Shown here one piece after another: positions 37,088 to 50,025 of a DNA stretch of 64,000 bases. A program made the translations under genes and the position numbers. The notes below the pieces were generated by a model that made no database searches, had not been told where the DNA came from, and worked only from the letters and a program-made list of their open reading frames with translations. The DNA lies in the NCBI RefSeq assembly GCF_030684315.1, contig NC_081374.1, positions 25,709,978 through 25,773,977 of the forward strand, read 5' to 3'. Source of the DNA: Stegostoma tigrinum (Eukaryota). Within the stretch, counting starts at the first letter, position 1. Every line of letters starts with the position of its first letter.

Positions 37088-37455
37088 ATTGAGATGTATA
37101 AGATTATTAAGGGATTGGACAATCTGGAAGCAGGAAATATGTTCCTGTTGATGGGGGAGCCCAGAACTAAGGGGTAGGCCATTTAGAACAGAGTTGAGGA
37201 GAAACTTCTTCACCCAGATAGTGGTGGATATATGGAATACTCTGCCCCAGAAGGCAGTGGAGGCCAACTCTCTGGATAGTTTCAAGAAAGAGATAGATAG
37301 AGCTCTTAAAGATAGTGGAATCAAGGGTTATAGGGATAAGGCAGGAACAGGATATTGATTGTGGATGGTCAGCCATGATCATAATGAATGGTGGTGCTGG
37401 CTCGAAGGGCCGAATGGCCTACTCCTGCATCTATTGTCTATTGCCTATTGTCTAT
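37088..37455 (+). mobile_element. Young CR1 3' fragment with a (TATTGTC)-like microsatellite tail
   Basis: gagatgtataagattattaagggattggac...gaatggcctactcctgcatctattgtctattgcctattgtctat. Confidence 0.88.
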
Positions 37456-37578
37456 AAGAAGGGTCCCAACCTGAAACGTCAACATTCCTACTCCTCTGAT
37501 GTTGCCTGACTTGCTGTGTTCCTTCAGTTCCACACTGTGTTGACTCTAATTCCAGCATCTGCAGTTCTTGTTATCTTC
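37456..37578 (+). mobile_element. PLE 3' tail beginning within the hammerhead core
   Basis: aagaagggtcccaacctgaaacgtcaac...ccagcatctgcagttcttgttatc. Confidence 0.75.
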
Positions 37579-37815
37579 GGGCAATAGAATAAAAGTGTCC
37601 TGAATGTGGATGGCAGCTTATTCACTCATTGCTGGGGATCTTTTACGGGTTGCCATTGCGGGGTTTCCCCTGCCGTCTTCAATGTATAAACCACAGCTTG
37701 TTTTTGCTCCAGCTGCTGTTGCCAGGATAGTACTCTGGATGTTGGCCCCTTTTTCCAAATGTATTGTTGCCAGGTTGAAATTTTAGATGCCTGGCAGTCT
37801 GGAATGGAATTGTAT

Positions 37816-37935
37816 CAGTGATAATGGGAACTGCAGACGCTGGAGAATCCAAGATAACAAAGTGTGGAGCTGGATGAACACAGCAGGCCATGCTGCTTGG
37901 CCTGCTGTGTTCATCCAGCTCCACACTTTGTTATC
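37816..37935. mobile_element. Palindromic PLE-tail mini-insertion lacking the hammerhead
   Basis: agataacaaagtgtggagctggatgaacacagcaggcca / tggcctgctgtgttcatccagctccacactttgttatct; imperfect flanking repeat TCTGGAATG(G/A)AAT at 37798-37810 and 37934-37946. Confidence 0.88.
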
Positions 37936-38066
37936 TGGAATGAAATGGCCAGTTTGGCCAATGTTATTAAGCGCAGATCGGTTTTGGGGTTCATTTATGG
38001 GAGTTCCCTGCTTCTGGGGGCAGGGGAATTGTGTGGAGGGGGAGTCTGCCTGGGAGTCCTGGGTGT

Positions 38067-38210
38067 CTGAGAATTTGCATAAAAGGCTACGCTGCACTGA
38101 GGAGGTTACCAAGTACGGTAACGAAACGTCTGCGGAACAACAAACCAGCTCAGTAAGCTAACCAATCTCAATACCCCCAACCCGAGATACAGATCTACTC
38201 CAAAACCTTA
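38067..38210 (+). mobile_element. Solo Poseidon-type PLE 3' tail (pLTR fragment)
   Basis: Similar to the 3' UTR of the PLE at 33790-33930 (aaacc..cagct..gt.agc); possible TSD GA(G/C)TCCT(G/A)GGTGT at 38054-38066 and 38211-38223. Confidence 0.7.
38092..38135 (+). ncRNA. Minimal type I hammerhead ribozyme
   Basis: Helix I CTGCA/TGCGG (5 bp with one GU), core CTGAGGA, extra G, helix II GTTACC-AAGTAC-GGTAAC (6 bp), GAAAC, cleavage triplet GTC at 38128-38130; loop-less palindromic helix III. Confidence 0.8.
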
Positions 38211-38489
38211 GACTCCTAGGTGTAGTCCTGTCCCTCCAAGTTGAAGGGGAGGCTATAAGAAGTCTGTATTTCACTTATGCGGACTGACTTTCTGGATAGC
38301 TGGGTCCTCAAGTTTCTATCCTTTACAGCAATTAAATTGCTGAGGACCCAAGCCTCATTACATGGAGGTTTCACAAGGGATGAATCCCAAACATGCATCC
38401 CTCCCCCTTTTCTGAAACATGGGAGACAAGCACAAATGCTTCGGTGCCATTTACCCATCGTATCATCATAACCTTTCTATGCCATCGGT

Positions 38490-38965
38490 AGAAATTGATC
38501 AATCCCTACGTGTAATATACTCTAATACTGAGCTTCCTCAGCCCACTGGTAGGGAATTGCCAAGGTTCACAATCCTCTGAATGGAATAGTTTCTCTTCAT
38601 CTTGGATTCACGTGCCATCTCCCTAATTTTGAAATTGGGGTCTCGCCTTCACAGCCAGGATAAGTTTCTTAATATGCATCTATGCTTTACTTGTTTTGTA
38701 GGTTTCAATGTGATTGTCTTTCATTCTTTCAACTTGTAGAGATTACAGGCCTAATTTGCCCAATCTCTCCTCATAGGACAATCCCACCATCTTGAACAAT
38801 TCTGGTGAACCTTCTGCGCTCTCTAAGTCAATGTTCTCCTGAGACAAGGAGGCCAAATCTATGTACACACAATGCCACGTGCAGTCTAACCAAGGTCAAA
38901 CTCAATTGAAGCAAACCTCACTACACTTGTACGCAAATTCACTGGCAATAAAGGTTAACATTTTC
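38490..38965 (-). mobile_element. Old CR1 3' fragment
   Basis: caatctctcctcataggacaatcccaccatc...ctggtgaacctt...gcagtctaaccaagg...gcaataaaggttaacat. Confidence 0.7.
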
Positions 38966-39760
38966 TTTTAGAATCCTGAATATCTGCAAAAGACCATTTC
39001 TCCCCTACAGTATCTTGGATTGTTGAATATTGCTTGACCTTTCTCAGTAGCAGATTTCATGATCTCTGCACTGCAGCTTCAACTTGTGTCAGCAAATTTT
39101 TATTCTCAATCCACCTGTACACTTACACTGAAACATGTAAACACTTTACTTACATAAATGTATTAGTTAGGACTTTCATATTGACTGCAGAGATTGTATT
39201 ATTGATGAAACTAACATTTCCTTGGCTTTGCTTTTTGATGATTACTTTGGGATTGGCATGATCTTTTGCCGAGGGTTTCTTCTTTGGAAGGTAAAGAAGC
39301 CAAATAAGCTGTTTGGACTTGTCTCTTGAGTCACCTCAACATGTTACATCTGATGTGAATGTGCCATAGCTGTTTATTCACCAAGCTGAGTACTCTGAGT
39401 TACATCAGAAAGAGATTAGTCAATTAGCACAAATGGGGTATGCCGTTCATTGCCTGTTTTCCTTGCAAACCTTTGTTGCAGACTGATCACCTTTTTAGTG
39501 TTCTTGGCAGCCTAAAACAACTCATGCCAATTATAGTTACAGGCTTCCTTCTTATTGACATAATTAAACATGTTTCTTTTTGGCCAACGAGAGCATCTAT
39601 AGATTTGTTTTTACTTGGATACTGCCATGAGTTTTGGGAGCCCTAGGAAATACACTCTCAGCTGGACGTTGACTGTTTTTCCCTTGGCCCGCTGCTCTGT
39701 GACTGATGGTTCCTTGGCTGTCTGCTACTTCATATATCATCCAACTGCTTCCACCATTTA

Positions 39761-40074
39761 AGATTAGATTTCCTACAGTGTGGAAACAGGCCCTTCGGCC
39801 CAACAAGTCCACACTGCCCATTGAAGCATCCCACCCAGACCCATCCCCCTATAACCCTCACACCCCTGAACACTACAGGCAATTTAGCATGGCCAATCCA
39901 CCTAACCTGCACATCTTTGGACTGTGGGAGGAAACCGGAGCACCCGGAGGAAACCCACACAGACACGGGGAGAATGTGCAAACTCCACACAGACAGTTGC
40001 CCGAGGTGGGAATCAAACCCGGGTCCCTGGCGCTGTGAGGCTGCAGTGCTAACCACTGAGCCACCATGCTGCCC
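39761..40074 (-). mobile_element. Full-length young HE1-type SINE
   Basis: Nearly colinear with 27097-27409. Confidence 0.92.
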
Positions 40075-40149
40075 TTAAGAAGATTAAGTTCAAGATTTAT
40101 ATCATCTAAGCTGCAGTGAAAATTCTTAGTTGTGAACTATGTATAGGTT

Positions 40150-42400
40150 TTTACAACTTGATGTCACCCTATATTGGGGAACTGCTGACAGCATGTCTTT
40201 AATCTTAACTCAATGCATGCTGGAAAATATAGTTGCACTACTCTCAGTTGGAGACAGCATTTTCCTATCCGTGGCTCATTATCTGACAATATAATGATGC
40301 CTGTCCTGGTTTCTAATTTCAAATTTGTAATATCAGCTTCTTAAAATGTCTGGTTTGTATCACATTTAACACTTCAGATTTTTCTTTTTTATTGTAGATT
40401 ATCAGAACTCATTAACCTCTTTGTGTGGGTAGCTATTGACTTCTTGCTTTTCTGAAACAGTGTCCTAGCTCTGCACATTTTCTGAAAATGACTTGAATGT
40501 GTGACAGATGAATTCACTTTTAACAAATTGGATCCTGTCTCTTTCTGTGATTCTGACAAGGACTTCAATAACTGGTACCTGTCCCCTTGCTGTATTGGTT
40601 TCTCATATGTTCTTTTTGTGTTTTCGTACCTCTGGAATTGAATGGATTCAGTTGACCTCCTGTGCCAAAGGTGATTTTTCTCCATTTAAGATGGATTGAT
40701 TTTTGCTCGTGGGCCTTTTTCTTTACTGGACCTTTGAGATTCAGATCATTTTTTTACTGATGCAAATCAAACAAGTACTTATTAGTATTTCCAACAACAA
40801 TCTGTTTCTTTTCAATTGTGACATTACCAAAATCGTCTATGAATTCCGCTGAATGCTGAACTCTTCTATTAAATCTCGCTCTTCCAAGAATTTTATTAAC
40901 TCGGAAGTTGAAATAATTGTTACAGGATTTCAGTACCTCTTCAAAAACATCTGCAATTTTTTTGACCTTTTGGTGATCAATAATATCATCAACTATACTC
41001 CCATTGTGTGTTGAAGTGCATGAACTTTTCAGCTTCTGCCCTAGTCTCTAATTTGAAAGTTATTTTATATTTGGAGATTTGTCTTTTCTAAGATTTATAA
41101 TCCTGTGTTTTATTTATTTAACAAAGTAAGTGTTCCTGTTACTAATATTTTTGCTTTTGTGTGTTCCCAATGTGATTATGTATACTTCTTGATCAAAAGA
41201 CTTTTATTTATTTCCCTGTAATATCAGTTTGCACATTCCTTTATGCCAAACTGTGAAACGCTTTCCATGTTTCGTGGCTAAGATGGAGGATGTCTGCTGT
41301 TTTTCTGGGTTCACTGTATGAACCTAACAGTTTCTGGCTTTAGTAAATGATTCCCACTTTATTCAAGGTTATGCTGAAATGCCGAATGATCCCTGTTCTT
41401 TGCGGTTTAAATAAATGGTTCCTGCCTTTTGTCATGTTTCTTATGAAGGATCTCCTATGTCTACCACAGCTGGAATTAATTCTATTAAATTTTCCATTCC
41501 TGTTCATCAGGTCTGGTTCAGCTTTTAACCTACCTAATGTTACAGCTTTAATTACTAGCTTTGTGATGCCTCCAAGTCTGAGTTCTCAAATTGCAGCTTC
41601 TTTCATGGTTCTTCCATTTCTGTAGTGAGTCTTGGTGCCCGCTTGTTGTGGTGGATCCACTTGACGTGATCACAAGTAACCTTTTTAACTTTTTGCTTTT
41701 ACTCATGGGTCACTGTATCATTTAAGCTTTCCCTAGTTTCCAAGAATTTTAAGCTTTCCTTTTATGAAATTGCAAATGTCTCTTCATTGAACTCTGATGA
41801 AATACTTCCAGAGACCATTACCTTGCAATGTAGCATGTATCTGCGTTAGAGTTGCTCATTCTCCTTTTTCCAGGCAGTTGCTACGTGTCCCTCACCAGGT
41901 CTGAAAGATTAGGTCTTTACCATTCACTGGTGTGTATTTCTTTGGGGTTTGCATCAGAATTTCTTCTGTAGGATTTTGACATATTCAGCTGTACAGATGA
42001 TTTATGAGCAGGTAACTTAAAGCTGAGTCTGAAGGACACCCAGTGCTGCTTACCATGTGTTGTATAATCAGTCAAATAATAATCTGTACCACTGTCTATT
42101 ATCATTGTGTGGGCATGCCGTCTCACCATGCTGCATGAGCTGCTCTTCGGTGAAGTTTACTGCGATCGTTCCCTTTAAGTTTTGGAAACTATACGGCCTG
42201 ATTGGTTTAGGGAAAATTACTTCCTGGTGTGGCTGCAAGAAATTGTAGATTACGTTGATATGATGGATATTGTTAGAGATTTTGACAGCCAGGTGTTAGG
42301 TTTCACTTTTTGGAGGTCACAAGCTGTGTTTCCACAAGACATAGGACCATATCATTGTGGATGGTGCTACTGAAGCCTCTCATATTATTTCTTTCAGACT
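40150..42400 (-). mobile_element. Possible very old L1/Tx1-like LINE remnant
   Basis: Long T-rich tract (A-rich on the minus strand) with a QG-D-like RT-motif remnant near 40560-40600; no intact motif. Confidence 0.3.
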
Positions 42401-42539
42401 TCTTTGGTACTAGAAGCACATGGAAAGAAAAATGCCCATGACGAAATCAACCCAACATTACGCTGAACCCCATTTCTTAGGTTTGATGAGGAACAACAAA
42501 ATTCAGTGGAACATGACATCAGAGCAACCCCTGACTGAG

Positions 42540-43792
42540 TGTGGTATCATAGTGTTCTAGCAAAAATGAAGTTGATGTGAAACTAGAATAATGCTCTCTG
42601 CTAGCAGGAGTCCGTACCTGGTGCAAAGGAAGACAGTTTTGTTGGTTGGAGGTCTGTCACCTTAGCTCCAGGACATCAATACAGGAGTTCCTTTGGAAAT
42701 AGCCTCAGATCAAGCACCTTCAGCTGCTTCATCAATGATCTCTCCATTGTAGAGTCAGAAGGGAGGCAGTTCAGTGCTGATTGCATAACATTCAGCACCA
42801 TTCACAACTTTTATACTGAAGCAGTCTAACTACACACAAAATATCCAGGCTTAAATAACAAGTGGTCAGTAACATTCACACCATACAAGTGCCAAGCAAT
42901 GACTATATCCATCAGGAGAGGATCTAACCATTGCCCCTTGACATTTAATGGCTTACTGTTGTTGAATCTCCACTATTAATATGCTGGATTTGCCATTGGC
43001 AGGAAACTGAGCGGGAGTAGCCATATGAATACTGGCTAGAAGAGCAGTTCTAAGGTTAGGAATCCTACAACTCCCCAGCGACTATCAGGAATGTGATGGA
43101 ATTCTCTCCAATTGCCTGAATGATTACAGCTCCACGAAAACTTAATTGTGACATTATCCAGAACAAAACAGCCCACTTGACTGAAACCACATTCACAAAT
43201 GTTCCTTCCCTCCTCTACTGACAGTCAGGAGCACCATTGTGCGCCATCTACAAAATATACTGCAGAAATTCATCAAAGCTTCTTAGGTAGCATTTTCCAA
43301 ACCCAAAACAAAGACAGAAATTGCTGGATAACCTCAACAGGTCTGGTAGTATCTGTGGAAAGAAACAGGGTTGAGTAACCCTTCCTCAGTTCTGAGGAAG
43401 GGTCACTCAACCTGAAATGTTAACTCTGATTTGTCTCCACGGATATTCCCAGACATGTTGCGTGTATTCAGCAACATCTGTTTTTGTTTCTGATTTACAG
43501 CATCCACAGTTATTTTGGTTTTCCAAACCCGTGAATATTGCCATCTAGAAGGACAAAGGTGACAGGTATATGGAAGCACCACTATCTGCAAGTTCCTCTC
43601 CAAGCTCGTCACTGTCCTGACCTGAAAATATAAATGCTGTTCTTCAGTGTTCCTGGGTCAAAGCCTTGGAGCTCCCTTCCTAATAGCATTGTGGCTAAAC
43701 ATACACCGGACAGACTACAGTATAACTATGGCAGCTAGAGATGGGCAATAAATGCTGGCCCAGCCAGTGATGTCCACATTCCTGAATGAAAC
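42540..43792 (+). mobile_element. Old L2/CR1-clade LINE 3' portion, interrupted by the PLE palindrome at 43305-43518
   Basis: RT-like caggagttcct...cagctgcttcatcaatgatctc...gctgattgc; tail gatgggcaataaatgctggcccagccagtgatgtccacattcc; same family as 57810-58580. Confidence 0.7.
43305..43518. mobile_element. Palindromic PLE-tail mini-insertion (older subfamily)
   Basis: Arms meet at CCCTTCCTCAG-TT-CTGAGGAAGGG; exact TSD TTTTCCAAACCC at 43293-43304 and 43519-43530; the host LINE reads through once it is removed. Confidence 0.88.
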
Positions 43793-45894
43793 AAACATGT
43801 ACTGCCTCATCTTTATGTGACTCTCTGAGAGAGAATTACAAGGAAGGAAGGAAGGAAAAGGTTTGCGCCATTTTTCAAACTAGAGCACAAGTGTTATAAA
43901 TGAGCTGTTTTTCATGTTGCTGTAATGCATCTTTTGAAATTGCACTTGAGGAAGATCATACATTGTAAAACAAATTTATTTCAAGAATAAAATTAATATT
44001 TCATCAAGTTCGGTGCTGCAACATGAAAAGGTGATGGATCATACAAGTCCACTGTCTGACTCAGAATTTTCTCTTCTAGCTTGGAGCTTGCTGAATCATT
44101 CATTACCATCAATAAGAGAAAGCCAACATAAACTAAATATTTTCTGGGATTGATCATTAATGCCTATTTGCTAGCCAATTAATCAATGTATAGTTTATGA
44201 TTTAATTATAGTACCCTGCTTTATTTTTTATTTAGACTTAAGATGCTAACTTAGCCATCAATGAATAACTTGATTGATTGATTTATTTCAAAATAAAAAC
44301 ATCCTAGTGATTCAATAATTACATTCTTCGAGAATGTTACAGGCAAACCAATGATTTAAATTGAATAGATGTATATCTGCATGTTATGAATTTTGAACAG
44401 CTACAGATACCACTTAGGCACAGCAGTATTAATCACTCTCATTGTAGTCTTCATGCCTTAATTTTATGAGAATTGACTCACTGGCTCATAACTATCTGTA
44501 TGATTCTGGGCACCAGGAGAATGTAATTTCCTAAATTGAATATCAGTACCTTTTGCCTGGCTGGATATTATATGCTCTTGTCTCCATTTACACCCCACCA
44601 TCACCATCACTTTTTAAAACACACCCAATATGTGTAATAGAAAGGGGGTGCAGCATACATTCGTACACACCCTCATGCCCACCCTCCTAATTTGCAGCAT
44701 GTACTGACACTGAAATTGACAGCCTGCTCATTAAGTGTAAATAGTTAATTGCGCTTATTAAAAGCTGAATTAGTCTCCATAATTCTGTTTCTACCAGAAT
44801 ATGGTTAATGTGAGCAAACAGACAGGAGTGGCCAGCTAGTTTACAAGTGTTTTTTTTAAACTTCGGGAAGCAAGAGTACTTTCATTGCAGGATGCTCTGT
44901 TTACTTTGGAGTTTTTTTGATTTCTCTAAAGGCAGATTTTACTTTATACCAGGGGTGGTGAAGTTTGGTTCAAACCATTTTGGCTGTTTTGTTCCAAATG
45001 AACTAAGAGTGTTGAAGCAACAGGCATGATTAGAGTGATTTAATTCAATAAATTCTGATAGTAAAGAACATCTCGTCAATCCTTCATCAGTGAGTCACCT
45101 TCCTCCCTCCAGTCTGTGAATGCTTTAGCTTTCAATGCAACGTCACTGCCTGATTGATTTTGGGGCTAAATCGTTCCATTGAACGCAAGAATGAGGGATA
45201 AGATTTGCAGTACCCTCGCTGGGCATGAGGAAGCACCTGAAATATTTCACATGCAAAATGTTCCAGGTCTCTAGTTCACTATGTCGCTGTCCAACAACGA
45301 AAAAAGGGTTAAATGTTGAGAAGTACATTACCACTGTCCAGATTGATGATCTTACATGAGTTAAGCAGAGAACAGGTTTGACTCTCGAAGTACTAAGACC
45401 TAACATCAAAGTCTTTTCCATAGCCTCAGTAACAGTGTATATTAATATTCTTGTACCTGGTTGCTATCATGTAATAAACTATATCTTGTTTAAGACAAGA
45501 ATATCTTCTCATTAGAAATTGATCTTCCTCTTCCAGATCAAACCAAATAAGCCCTGTAGATCTCTACTAGAAATGGGGATGGTAGTAAATCTAACAGTTT
45601 GACCTTGTACCCATAACAATCTATAGAGAGGATATATTTTACAACTTTATGGCAAGAAATCTCAACTCCATATAGTTGTCGCGTGTGAAGCAGGCATGTA
45701 GAACTGAAGATTCTTTAAGGAAGCTGTTTTGAGCTGTCAGCAATTGAAAATTTGAGAACCCTAAAGAAGACAAGAGTCTAACAGAAGAAGAACATTAGAA
45801 ATTACTAATGGTATAATTCATGGACTTGAGTGGAGAACAAATTTGGATCTTGAATGAGTGAGAGCTAACTTTGAGGCCTATTTCTGAACTGTGG

Positions 45895-46390
45895 TAACAG
45901 CTCTATCTGGGTGTGTCATAGCTTGGCACAACAACTGCTCTGCCTACAACCATAACCTACAGAGTTGTGAACACAGCCCAGACCATCATGCAAGCCAATC
46001 TCCCCATCCATTGACTCCACCTCCACCTCTCTTGTTGTCATGAACAAAACAGCTAACATTATCAAACATTCCTCTTACTGCAGTAATAATTCTCCCAACC
46101 TCTTCCATCAGGCAGCAGACACAAAAGCTTAAACACACTTTTTTACCATCAGGTTCAAGGACAGCTTCTTCCCCGCTGTTATTAGACAGCCGAATGGACC
46201 TCTCAAATTTCAACATTAATGTTGATCTTGCTATGCACCCCTCTTTTGCAACCGTAACTTTATGCCTCACTCTGTTCATCCACCCTAAGATTCAAATGTC
46301 TGTGTGTGATATAATCTATCTGTACTGCACACAAGACAAAACTTTTCACTGTACTTGGGTACGTTGGAAAACAATAAATCAAACAAAATA
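45895..46390 (+). mobile_element. Rex1/Babar-like LINE 3' fragment
   Basis: Degenerate GC.TAW..NCSA....LQRVVNTAQTI and LPSG.R......RFKDSFFPAVIR; tail cttttcactgtac...acaataaatcaa. Confidence 0.65.
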
Positions 46391-46759
46391 ATACTGGGTG
46401 TAACTTGTACCTAGTTGTTATCAAGCAATAAACTAATCTTATTGAAGGCAAGAACTACTTCTTATTAGCCAATCAGATGGATTTCCCTGACCACAGCAAG
46501 CCAACCAGGGATTCTGTCGATTCCCACCAGGGAGGATAATGATGGCAGTAAATCTACCAGATTGAAAATGGTACATGAGCTGTGGTCAGGATTCACCTTA
46601 GAGCAACATATTGCCTCTTAAATCAGAGATACATAAGTTGTCCACTAGGCTGTAGTAGACCATCCTTTGGCCTATTGAGGTCCTAATAGCCTAACTCACT
46701 GCATTAATCCAGCTCCACTGTCATTAGCAGGCAGGCCAAAATGCCTTGGCGGTTTTTTT

Positions 46760-47158
46760 TTGTTCTTGCATGTGATCCAGGTATCACTGACCAGGCCAGC
46801 ATTTGGTGATATCTCTCATTGCTCCTCTGACAGCCACTCAGTGAAAAGGCAATGACGAGTGAGCACCTCTTCTACAGTGGTTCTGGAATCACATGTAGGC
46901 CAGACTAGGTAAGGACAAGTTTCCTTCCCAAAAGGGCAGTAGGGAAACATTTGATTAATTTTACAATAATCTGATTGTGACTTGATTACCACCACTGAGA
47001 TTAATTTTCAATTCCAAATTTATTCTTAAAATTTAAATTCCACAACCTGCTGTGAGTGGAGATAGGTGAGGGGGAGCGTTGGTGAGATTTGAATCCATAT
47101 CCTCAGCATATTTAGCCTGGGTTTCTGGGTTACTAGTCTAGTAATATCAGAATGCCAT
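46760..47158 (-). mobile_element. tRNA-derived SINE sharing its 3' tail with the L2/CR1-clade LINE at 42540
   Basis: Minus-strand head ggcattctgatattactagactagtaacccagaaacccagg..ggattcaaatctc; body ccttacctagtctggcctacatgtgattccag; tail aaatgctggcctggtcagtgat. Confidence 0.65.
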
Positions 47159-49834
47159 TGTTTGAAAAGGCAGGTAGGAAAGGAAGGACTCAAAAATTGA
47201 GCGTGCACTGTGCACATTGAAGGCATCCTCCAACATGTCACTGCACTTTACTCCTTACTGTCTGCCTACAAGCATGACTCAAGATGCTTTGATCCTCTGC
47301 CATCTTAAAGACCCAGAAATTAACTAGTCTCCAATTGTCACGGACTTCTTCTTGAAGACTACATCCTGAGATCTGGTGTTGCCTGCATTGTTACAGATGC
47401 TGGACAGCCACATTGCAGTGGAGCTCCAACATCCTCTCTGTTTAGCCCAGTTGCAGCATGTCACTGCTGTTTAAAATGCTATAAAGTCAAATCATTTGAG
47501 ACTGACTTTCATTTGGAGGGGCCCTCCACCCACTGCCAGCTCAATGAATCCAGCATGGGAAAGCAGGACTGTTTGGGGTGCAGAACCCCTCCCGGAGGAA
47601 ACAGTCAATTCACTTCCTTTAGATGTTCATGGGAGGGGTGCCCCTTGAAAGGGGAAGCTGATCACAGCCAGCAAGTTACAGGGAGCACGCTTCAAAACAG
47701 AAGTCCCCTCTTGCCAACATTTTCACGTCTTTGAATAAAAGAAAGAAAACAGCCACTATATTTTGGATGGGGTTTTGTTGCAGCTGGGTGTGGGGGTGGG
47801 AAGCACCAGTGGGAACTGTGTCGGATTTCCTTTGCATGGCATCCTTTTGACTCTATATCCCCAATGGGAAGACCTGTAAGCTTGCCTGGATCATGTTACC
47901 CCCTCCCCTCCCCGACCCCCCCCAAAAAAAACACCACCACCATCACTGGTCTGCTTTAGATGTCTCCCTTTCTCCTTCTCTCAATTACAGAAACATCCTA
48001 CATCAACCTATACGGAATATATAGCTCCAGAACAACCCACTTGACCAAACCAGCTCCTTTGACATTTTCCATTTAGACCCCATCCCATCCTTTCTCACCC
48101 AGCTCCAGCATTGTGAAAATTTCTGACTCCCTGATGCAGATCTGTTGCCTCCTTAAATATGTCACCCACTTCCTGTGGTACTGGGTTTCATGTTCTGACC
48201 ACTCTCTGGATTAAGAAATTATTGCTTTTGAATTTCGTCTTTGATCTTCTTGATTAACCATGATGATAACCTTGAGTTTTACCCTGTCTTGTGTCCACCC
48301 CTGCCTCCAGCAACCCGCAGAATTCCAATGCAATGATGCAACTTGTTTTTTGGTTCATATAAGAGTACTTAACCAAATATTAATCTTCATGAAAAGCAAC
48401 TTCAGTTTAACCTGCTAGCTAGCGTAGCACCTCCCTTTGAATGTTTGTTCTGCACGGGTCTGTGTTGATGAACGAATCATCTTTTTTAAAAGGAAGTTTT
48501 TGACATGCTCTTTGAAATACACATCTCAACCAGTTATGTAGGAAATCATCAAAGCATTCTGAAACATTACATTTCTTATTGATTTTTTTTATGGATACAG
48601 GAACTCTTAGCTCAGTGATTTTGTTTGAAATCAAATTTTATACTAAGTCTGAATATTCAATTATTAAATGTGTTTGTTCTGCTGACTGCTAAACCTTAAT
48701 TGCTCAACATGTTAAATGCATTTTGCTTAAGTCATTTTTTCAATGACAAACTATGTTGATAAATGTCTAATTTCTTTTTCCCCTAAGGAATGTGAAATTG
48801 GCATGAAATGTCATAATTAAATTGAAAACACGGTAAGCTTAAAGTGATGCAACAGGATAAAGCTGCCAACTAATGTCCTCGTGAAGTGTTTCAATACCTT
48901 CTTCAGTACTTGAGCACCTGAATAATTGAAGTAAATGTCTTCCCTTGAATATGGTTGCAATTAGATAATACCTAAGTAAATCATTTTTAATATAGCAAAT
49001 ATCAAATTGATTTGTTTCATGAAGGGATATGAAGGCATAAATTTTGAATTATTGCCACTCTTTTTAATTAGAATATAGGTGTCCTTTCAACATATATAAA
49101 TTGGATTCAACCTAATACTTTATGACACAATGGAATGGTTTTCTTTCAAAGTGACTGAAATATTCACTGCATAACAGTTGAATATGTACTGTGCAAAGCT
49201 TCAAAGTCCACATAAATTAACATGTCTCCAGCAATTTTAGGACTATCATGCAAATTATACTAAACAATGAAACCATTTTGCGGGCTGTTTGCAATTTCAA
49301 ATATTATTTCCATATTCTAAAATTAGTGAACCACTTGCATGATTACCTCATCAGAACTGTAGTCAATTCTTAATAGATCTTTCTACATGTAAATAACCAT
49401 CGACAATGAGGGAGTTCCGGCTCCAATTAGTTTACTGAGCATTGTACCATCTTCCTCAATTTGAAAGTAATTGGCCAATGGTAATGTGAGCATGAAATGT
49501 GGAATTACACGATGGGAATGCTGATTGATAAACTAGTATTTCACCAAAAATGTAAAACATTGCCCAAAGTATAGTTAACAATTTTAAAATATTCAACCTA
49601 GCATCTGGATACAACAAACTATTGGTTGACCAATGTTCTCCCTTTCTTGCATGAGAGAATAGGGTAAATATTGAAGCCTCCCTGTTTTGGCAAAGAAGAT
49701 AGACAAGTCTGGAAAATGCAAGTTCCACTCCCAAACATGGGATTTCCTACTTTCATGGGAGCAATTCACTTTTCACACATATGGGTTTCACAGCGATAAC
49801 TGGCCTTTTAAATGAGCAGTTGCCTCTATTTAAG

Positions 49835-50025
49835 AGATAGTAGGAACTGCTGATGCTGAAGAATCTGAGATAACAATGTGAACACAGCAGGCCAAGCATT
49901 ATCAGTGGAGAAGGGAAGATGATGTTTCGGGTCTGGTCCCTGAAGAAGGGTCCAGACCCGAAACGTCAGCTTTCCTGCTCCTCTGATGCTGCTTGGCCTG
50001 CTGTGTTTATCCAGCTCTATACCTT
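49835..50025. mobile_element. Palindromic PLE-tail mini-insertion with intact hammerhead-like core
   Basis: CTGAAGA-A-GGGTCCAGACCC-GAAAC-GTC at 49940-49967, at the arm junction; TSD GTTGCC(T/A)CTATTTAAG at 49819-49834 and 50026-50041. Confidence 0.88.
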
